Origin: Promethearchaeati archaeon SRVP18_Atabeyarchaeia-1
GTDB lineage: Archaea; Asgardarchaeota; Atabeyarchaeia; Atabeyarchaeales; Atabeyarchaeaceae
Direction: 5' to 3'
NCBI GenBank assembly: GCA_037308085.1
Contig: CP147779.1
Location: 1,764,512 to 1,796,511, forward strand
DNA: 32,000 bases
Shown: positions 26,862-32,000 of the stretch, in pieces
Numbering within the stretch: position 1 is the first letter of the stretch
How the letters are laid out: every line of letters starts with the position of its first letter
Position numbers and translations under genes: made by a program
The notes under the pieces: model-generated
The model's input: the letters and a program-made list of their open reading frames with translations, nothing else
Databases searched by the model: none
Told to the model about the DNA's origin: nothing

Positions 26862-28052
26862 TCAAAGTGAGAAGATGATGGCAGCTGCGAGAAGTACTAA
26901 GCCAAGCGAGAGGAAGGAGATCGAGTACATTGATGTCGCTGCGAGTATGAAACCAGTCACAATTGGTCCGAGTGCCTGCCCCACATCCATTATCGTTCCA
27001 AGGAATCCCATCGCTGATCCATAGACTTCTTTTCTGCAAGCCTCAGACACAAGTGGGGGAGTTGAAGATGTAACTAGTGAAAAACCTAGGCCATATGTGA
27101 CTGAGACTAAGATTAGTTCAGGGAAAGATACTGCAAACTGCATAGCAAGCATTGGAGCTGCGCCCAACGCAAGACCAAGGACAATCGGCTTCTTTCTTCC
27201 AATCTTGTCCGAGAATCTACCCATGATGGGTTTCGCTAAGACGAAAGTGGCTATCTCAGAAGTCAAAATGACACCTATCAGCAAATCGTCAATGTTCAGC
27301 AAATGGGCGAACGGCACAAGGTAGAATTCGAAGGCCCCGTAGACATAATAGATGGCTGCCTCCGCAAGACTCGCGAGAAGGATGCGCCGATTTGAAGCAA
27401 CTTCCTTCCAGTCTTGGAAGACATTGCGCGAGATTTTGTCCCTCGCCTTATCAGCATATTGCGCCACATTTGCGGCACTGCGGTTGGGTTCTTCAGTCTT
27501 TCTTCCCTCATGCAAGCCGACCGCCAGAATCAGGGCCAGCACACCTGAGAGACCGACAAGCGTGTACAGTTCGTGGTAGTCTGAAATCGTGACGAGGAGG
27601 ATATATCCTCCAAGTACAGGGGCAATCGCTCTGCCGATCGCCGTTGACGACGAGAAGGTTGCGATCTTTTCACCCCTGCTCCCAGGATACCTCTCGACAA
27701 TCGCAGCATTCGCCACTGGAACAAGGATCGCAGTGGCAAAGCCGTGATAGAATCTTACCAGGATCAATTGATACGGATCAACAACGAGCAAGTATAGAAA
27801 GGGAGCTGTGGCAAATATCACGCCAGCGAAGACAATCACTTTGCCTCTCCCCAATCGGTCCGATAGTAACCCGGCTGGAAGGCTGACCAGTATGCCAGGG
27901 ATGGTTGAGGCAGCTGCGACAAATCCCATTAGGTACGCGGGTGTCCCTAAGCTTGCTGCGAATGGGTTGAGAACGGGGGTCTTTGACATCGTTGAGCTGA
28001 GAATAGCGAAGAGCCCCATAATGCAGATGGTTAGGAAAAAACGTCTTGGCAT
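26862..28052 (-). CDS. MFS transporter
   Basis: Multi-pass hydrophobic protein with the loop LSDRLGRGKVIVFAG. I trimmed it to the ATG at 28052 (MPRRFFL), which removes the overlap with the flavin reductase gene. Confidence 0.8.
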   Translation of the reverse strand: MPRRFFLTICIMGLFAILSSTMSKTPVLNPFAASLGTPAYLMGFVAAASTIPGILVSLPAGLLSDRLGRGKVIVFAGVIFATAPFLYLLVVDPYQLILVRFYHGFATAILVPVANAAIVERYPGSRGEKIATFSSSTAIGRAIAPVLGGYILLVTISDYHELYTLVGLSGVLALILAVGLHEGRKTEEPNRSAANVAQYADKARDKISRNVFQDWKEVASNRRILLASLAEAAIYYVYGAFEFYLVPFAHLLNIDDLLIGVILTSEIATFVLAKPIMGRFSDKIGRKKPIVLGLALGAAPMLAMQFAVSFPELILVSVTYGLGFSLVTSSTPPLVSEACRKEVYGSAMGFLGTIMDVGQALGPIVTGFILAATSMYSISFLSLGLVLLAAAIIFSL

Positions 28053-28083
28053 GGTCGATCTGCCCTCAGGCTGTGAGGTCCAA

Positions 28084-28677
28084 TCAACCTGTTTGTTGGC
28101 TGGTTTTATAGGTCTTCCTTGAGTATCCAGCCTTCCCAAGACACTCCCCGAGACTGTGATATTCCTCGGTTATTGGGTTCCAAGTTATCGGCTTGAGTTT
28201 TGCGTAGTCAATATTCTTGGATTCGCCCAGCAGTCTATCATCGACATTGACATTAACCACCTCTCCTACGAAAACATCATGCGAGCCAAACCTCATAATA
28301 TCCTTCACCCTGCATTCGAGGCTTACAGGGCACTCGCCTATTATTGGGGGCATCACTTTTTTCGCTTCCATGGGCGTCAGTTTCGTTACTTTGAACTTGT
28401 CTACACTTCTGCCGGATACGATACCACAGTAGTCGGTTTCTCTCACTATGTCTACCGTTGGAATGTTGATGACGTATTCTCTTGTCGTGGTTATTAGCCC
28501 ATGCGAGTATCGCGAAGGTCTAACAGATATGCTCACGCGAGGAGGATTGCCAGACAGGATTCCGCTCGCTGCGAGGGTGCAGATGTTAGGTTTCCCCTTC
28601 TCATCCACCGATGTGGCTAAGACCACAGGTGTCGGATATAGAATCGTGGCAGGTTTCAAATCCTTTCTAGATGACAT
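28084..28677 (-). CDS. Flavin reductase-like (Flavin_Reduct) domain protein, paralog 1
   Basis: LYPTPVVLATSVDEKGKPNICTLA and SHDVFVGEVVNV are typical of the FMN-binding split-barrel flavin reductase family. AGAGGT lies upstream of the ATG. Confidence 0.8.
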   Translation of the reverse strand: MSSRKDLKPATILYPTPVVLATSVDEKGKPNICTLAASGILSGNPPRVSISVRPSRYSHGLITTTREYVINIPTVDIVRETDYCGIVSGRSVDKFKVTKLTPMEAKKVMPPIIGECPVSLECRVKDIMRFGSHDVFVGEVVNVNVDDRLLGESKNIDYAKLKPITWNPITEEYHSLGECLGKAGYSRKTYKTSQQTG

Positions 28678-28861
28678 TGATCAAACCTCTTGAGGTTTCT
28701 TTGACAATTGAATAGTCCGATGCTGCGAATATTGATTTGCAGTCACTTATCGCTCCTCGGGAAACGGGAGCGCACGCCCAATTATCTATTGGGCAGGATT
28801 AACCAAAAAGAATAGAAAAAAAGGGGCTTATTATCTATTACGGTTATTCGCTGAGTATGAT

Positions 28862-29215
28862 CTACTGCTCCTCTTCGCTTTCATCAGTCTCTTTGGTCTC
28901 TTCCTTCTCTTGAGGCTCTTCACTTGCTTCCACAGTCTCTGGCTCATCTGCCTTCGTTGCTCTTCTTCCAAATGCCTTGCTTGTCGCTTCGCTGAATTTC
29001 TTTCCTGTTACGTTGACTCTTTCGCCTAGTTTCTTTGTTGCATCAGTTGCTGCAACGCTAAATTTCTTTCCAGTATCGGTAGCTCTCTCTCCGAACTTTT
29101 TTACTGCTTCGCTAGTCTTCCTTCCCGCCTCACCTACAGCATCACTTGCTTTCTTTCCCGCCGCCTTGGCTTTGTCGGAGACATCTTTTGTTTTTTTCTT
29201 CAGGTTTTCACTCAT
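28862..29215 (-). CDS. LEA-like repeat protein: lysine-rich 11-residue repeats plus acidic tail
   Basis: 117 aa. From G20 the sequence falls into consecutive 11-mers: GKKASDAVGEA, GRKTSEAVKKF, GERATDTGKKF, SVAATDATKKL, GERVNVTGKKF. It ends in the acidic tail EPETVEASEEPQEKEETKETDESEEEQ. GGAGGG lies 8 nt upstream of the ATG. Confidence 0.7.
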   Translation of the reverse strand: MSENLKKKTKDVSDKAKAAGKKASDAVGEAGRKTSEAVKKFGERATDTGKKFSVAATDATKKLGERVNVTGKKFSEATSKAFGRRATKADEPETVEASEEPQEKEETKETDESEEEQ

Positions 29216-29482
29216 TTTCGTTTCCCTCCAAACTTCTTAGGTAGTCATAAACAGATAAGGATATCGTGGACGAATCAGAGAGGATGGTTCGATTCAGACT
29301 GTGTAGGCTCGGGCTAGGCTGAGGAAAGAACATGTCCATTGGATGTTGCACCGAATATGCAGAAAAAGTCGATAAGAGAGTCCGAGGTTGAAGCGGCGGT
29401 TCTCGGGTGGGTTTTCGCTCGAAGACTATTGACCAGCTTGCCAGAATTCACTCGCAATTCTTGGATGGGAGTGGGCGGTGGG

Positions 29483-30052
29483 TCACTTCTTCATTGAGAA
29501 GCCGATTAAGCCCAAGGATTCACCTACGCTGAGGTAGTTTCCCGTCATTGGATTCCAAGTTATGGCTTTCAGTCTTTTGAAATCGATTTTTCCTCTTTGA
29601 TCCAAGACATTCTCGGAGACGTCAATGTTAACTACCTCCCCGACAAATAGGTCGTGAGACCCCAGCGCTATGATATTCCTGACCTTGCATTCGATGCTCA
29701 CCGGACATTCTGCTATTATTGGAGGCTTTACTTTCTTCGCCTTGATGGCTGTTAGCTTGGTATCCCTAAACTTGTCAGAGTTTCTGCCCGAGACCATGCC
29801 ACAGTAGTCGGCCTCTCTCACGATGTCAGCTGTAGGTATGTTGACCACGTATTCCCCTGTCTTCCGTATTAACCCATTAGAGTAGCGTGGAGGTCCCACG
29901 GAGATTCCAACCTGTGGAGGATTTGAGCATATGTTTCCAGCCCACGCTAGTGTGATTATGTTGGGCTTGCCTCCTTCGTCTATGGACGTGACCAGGACTA
30001 CGGGGGTTGGATAAAGAGCGGTGGATGGCTTCAACTCTTTTCTTGTAGACAT
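29483..30052 (-). CDS. Flavin reductase-like domain protein, paralog 2
   Basis: Collinear with the 28084..28677 product. By manual alignment, 41 of the first 60 residues are identical (LYPTPVVLVTSIDEGGKPNIITLA, SHDLFVGEVVNI). Confidence 0.8.
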   Translation of the reverse strand: MSTRKELKPSTALYPTPVVLVTSIDEGGKPNIITLAWAGNICSNPPQVGISVGPPRYSNGLIRKTGEYVVNIPTADIVREADYCGMVSGRNSDKFRDTKLTAIKAKKVKPPIIAECPVSIECKVRNIIALGSHDLFVGEVVNIDVSENVLDQRGKIDFKRLKAITWNPMTGNYLSVGESLGLIGFSMKK

Positions 30053-30415
30053 CGATATTCCCCTTTCAATTCGGTTAGGTTAATGCTGATTAGTTGAGAA
30101 CTAATTTGCTTATGAGTGCTTGATCTATAAGAGGTCTCCTAGTAACAGAAGCCGTTTGTCTTGGAGGTTTCTGGATGCTGGAACTCTTCTATTTTTCCCG
30201 CCTTTGTGCAGACTAGATCATGCTTTCATTTCGGCTTCCGTTTCCTCGCTGGGTGGATTCAACGTTATATACTACAGGATCATACTCTGTATTGTCGCTG
30301 ACAGTTATCGTCGTTGGCGCTGACTTGATGTTGAGTGCGCTTATTGGGTTCTCGATCGTCCCCTTCTGACCTTGTATTAGAATCCGTCGCGTCAAACTGT
30401 GGTGGCTAGGCAGAC

Positions 30416-31105
30416 ATGGTTCCAAATCTTGGTGAGCTGGCAAGCGAGCAAATTGACTTGCAAGGCAAGAGAACAAGGAGGGGACGGATAAAGTATCGGA
30501 AGCTCTTCTCGAGGCGCTCAAAGAAGAAGAGACCAGAAACGATAGTCGGGGACATCAGAGCAGATAGCGGGGCCGAGGCCAAGGTAATCACATGGCTGAA
30601 AGAGCACGATTTGGTTTTCGAAGCCCATGGGGCGATCCCACATTCAAGAAGGAAAGTCGATGCGAACAAGTTGGTTGAGGAAATTCTGTCTGGCTTCTCA
30701 TCAGAGAGGAGGGAGCTCTTGGCGTCGAAGTTGAAATTGAAGAAGATCGAGAACAACAGGTCTATTGGTCGATATGATTTCAAGGTCGAAGGAACTAGCA
30801 GGAGCAATGGGAAACACGAAGTCTATTACATAGAGTATTGGGGATTGTACAATCCGAATGTGGAAGTCACCAAGGATAGTCTCAGGAAGTTGTACAATCG
30901 GCTACTGGTCAACTATACCCTAATCAAGAAGCCGCTGAAAGAGAAATACTACCGTGCAATTGGGCTCAACTTGATCTCGTTGACTAGAGCCAACTTGAAG
31001 AAGAAGTCTCTCGACGAGAAGCTTGGTTGCCTCCTGGATCTGGATCAGAACCACCTTATTTCAAAGTTCATGAGCAAAGAGAATGTTCCAGTCAAGAAAG
31101 AATAA
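30416..31105 (+). CDS. Hypothetical basic protein, possible PD-(D/E)xK (restriction-endonuclease-like) fold
   Basis: 229 aa. The N-terminal segment is very basic (KRTRRGRIKYRKLFSRRSKKKRPE). It is followed by SGAEAKVITWLKEHDLVFEAH, GRYDFKV and EVYYIEYWGLYN. That order (helix, D-F strand, hydrophobic-E-Y/x-x-G strand) is seen in nuclease-like domains attached to some superfamily-1 helicases. This is a motif-level guess only. Confidence 0.5.
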   Translation: MVPNLGELASEQIDLQGKRTRRGRIKYRKLFSRRSKKKRPETIVGDIRADSGAEAKVITWLKEHDLVFEAHGAIPHSRRKVDANKLVEEILSGFSSERRELLASKLKLKKIENNRSIGRYDFKVEGTSRSNGKHEVYYIEYWGLYNPNVEVTKDSLRKLYNRLLVNYTLIKKPLKEKYYRAIGLNLISLTRANLKKKSLDEKLGCLLDLDQNHLISKFMSKENVPVKKE

Positions 31106-31232
31106 GCTACATAAGAGAGAAAAGGAGAGATTAGAAGAGATGACAGCGGGAAGATCACGCCGAGTTCGGTCTTCTTACAGCAAGCGTGGCATGGCATGCT
31201 TCTGTATTGCATTTTAGGAGGAGAGGACAAGC

Positions 31233-32000
31233 ATGGGAATGCACGATCTTGAGACATCCGTGTTAGAGGCAAGCAAGAACATCCTGAAGATAATCACTCA
31301 TGGCGATAGAGCTCGCATACTGAGAAAAGAAGATGATGTTCTCCTTATTGGGGATCAGAGGGATCTAAGCCCCATTTATACTGAAACCTTGGCAAAGATC
31401 ATCCGTGAATGGCAGAAGCAGAAGACCACGAAGGTTCATGTTCGATACTTGCCCAAACAGAGACCAGTCACTGATCTGAGACAGATTGATCCGTCAGTAG
31501 GAACTCTGGCTGCCAAGGCGGACATCATAATAGGCACCTACTCGAACCCGGGTGAGGCGATCGTCAATCAGGAATCGCCAATACTCAACAAAGCTTTCTT
31601 TTCTACGATTTTTGATAGAATGCGGAAGGACAACATACGGCTCTACGCTGTTGCGGGAAGACCTAACTTGCGCGTATTGGAAACACTCGCAAACAGTGAC
31701 GCCATTGAAGAGACCAATGCGTTGTCAAAGCAGCTTAAGCGCTACCTTCAACATAAGTCAGACGAAAAGATGCAGGTTTACACTCTGAAAGAGGGAAGGT
31801 ACGGCGATCCGCTGGAATTTGAGATTCCAGGACCGGAAATGGTTTCAGCCGACTACTTTGAGGCCAACGAGAATATCATTAACATCCCCTCTGGCGAAGT
31901 ATTCTTTGAACCGGCTCCGGGTACAGCGAGTGGGAAAATCTACTTCAAGGAGGGAAGCTACTACCACTTGTTTGTTCCGATCAAGGGAATGGTTATACTA
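31233..32000 (+). CDS. M29-family aminopeptidase (AmpS / aminopeptidase T-like), C-terminus beyond the window
   Basis: Not in the ORF track because the frame stays open to the window edge. The ATG at 31233 is preceded by AGGAGGAG. The translation is MGMHDLETSVLEASKNILKII...YFEANENIINIPSGEVFFEPAPGTASGKIYF. N-I-P-x-G-E-V-F-x-x-P is the characteristic M29 motif. Confidence 0.6.
   Translation, partial: MGMHDLETSVLEASKNILKIITHGDRARILRKEDDVLLIGDQRDLSPIYTETLAKIIREWQKQKTTKVHVRYLPKQRPVTDLRQIDPSVGTLAAKADIIIGTYSNPGEAIVNQESPILNKAFFSTIFDRMRKDNIRLYAVAGRPNLRVLETLANSDAIEETNALSKQLKRYLQHKSDEKMQVYTLKEGRYGDPLEFEIPGPEMVSADYFEANENIINIPSGEVFFEPAPGTASGKIYFKEGSYYHLFVPIKGMVIL

Noticed and set aside
28977-29240. Periodic DNA repeat (aatttctttcc, 66 nt apart) considered as a tandem repeat or mini-CRISPR; also an 87-aa plus-strand ORF
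   Set aside because: The periodicity is the coding consequence of the 11-residue protein repeats on the minus strand. The plus-strand ORF is its antisense shadow.
29286-29295. ggttcgattc, a tRNA T-loop-like string in the LEA / flavin reductase 2 spacer
   Set aside because: The flanking bases (gatgg / cagac) cannot form a T-stem, and no acceptor or anticodon arms can be drawn. It is not a tRNA.
30120-30521. 67-aa plus-strand and 102-aa minus-strand ORFs in the spacer upstream of 30416..31105
   Set aside because: They have no ribosome-binding site, and the 102-aa ORF overlaps the start of the plus-strand gene. A short beta-strand-like stretch (ILIQGQKGTIENPISALNIK...) was noted but has no usable start codon with a ribosome-binding site.

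Overview
Dense, mostly ordinary chromosomal segment. By gene content it probably comes from an uncultured archaeon, but I could not run a search to confirm this. The pointers are KaiC-like, MEDS and V4R sensor proteins, an Ldh_2/ComC-type dehydrogenase, an AcoX-type ATP-NAD kinase, TATA-like boxes 30-55 nt upstream of several starts, and strong GGAGG ribosome-binding sites. I call about 33 protein-coding genes. They include GMP synthase (guaA), TrmO, three MFS transporters, a CDF metal exporter, flavodoxin, bacterioferritin, hemerythrin, two flavin reductases, an acyl-CoA ligase, hydrolases and oxidoreductases. I found no rRNA, tRNA, CRISPR array, transposase or integrase. Two genes missing from the ORF track run off the window edges: a YegP/DUF1508 gene (1-135, minus) and an M29-type aminopeptidase (31233-32000, plus). 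Observations worth a second look: (1) two tandem paralogous coiled-coil proteins, each ending in a winged-helix domain (1915-3442). (2) A decayed, collinear copy of the last ~95 codons of guaA at 14351-14640; together with the intact guaA 3' end it brackets a stand-alone MEDS gene. (3) A KaiC/RecA-like domain that has lost both Walker motifs, fused to a V4R ligand-binding domain (19736-20989), one of three output-less sensor-type proteins within 7.5 kb. (4) A CDF transporter with three tandem cytoplasmic domains. (5) A LEA-like protein built of 11-residue repeats, sandwiched between two paralogous flavin reductase genes. (6) An alpha/beta hydrolase broken by a 1-nt frameshift with its catalytic triad intact. 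(7) A tiny membrane-anchored protein carrying a single beta-propeller-type repeat. I cannot identify a clear new multi-gene system such as a defense island. All functional calls are motif-level readings of the translations, not database hits.
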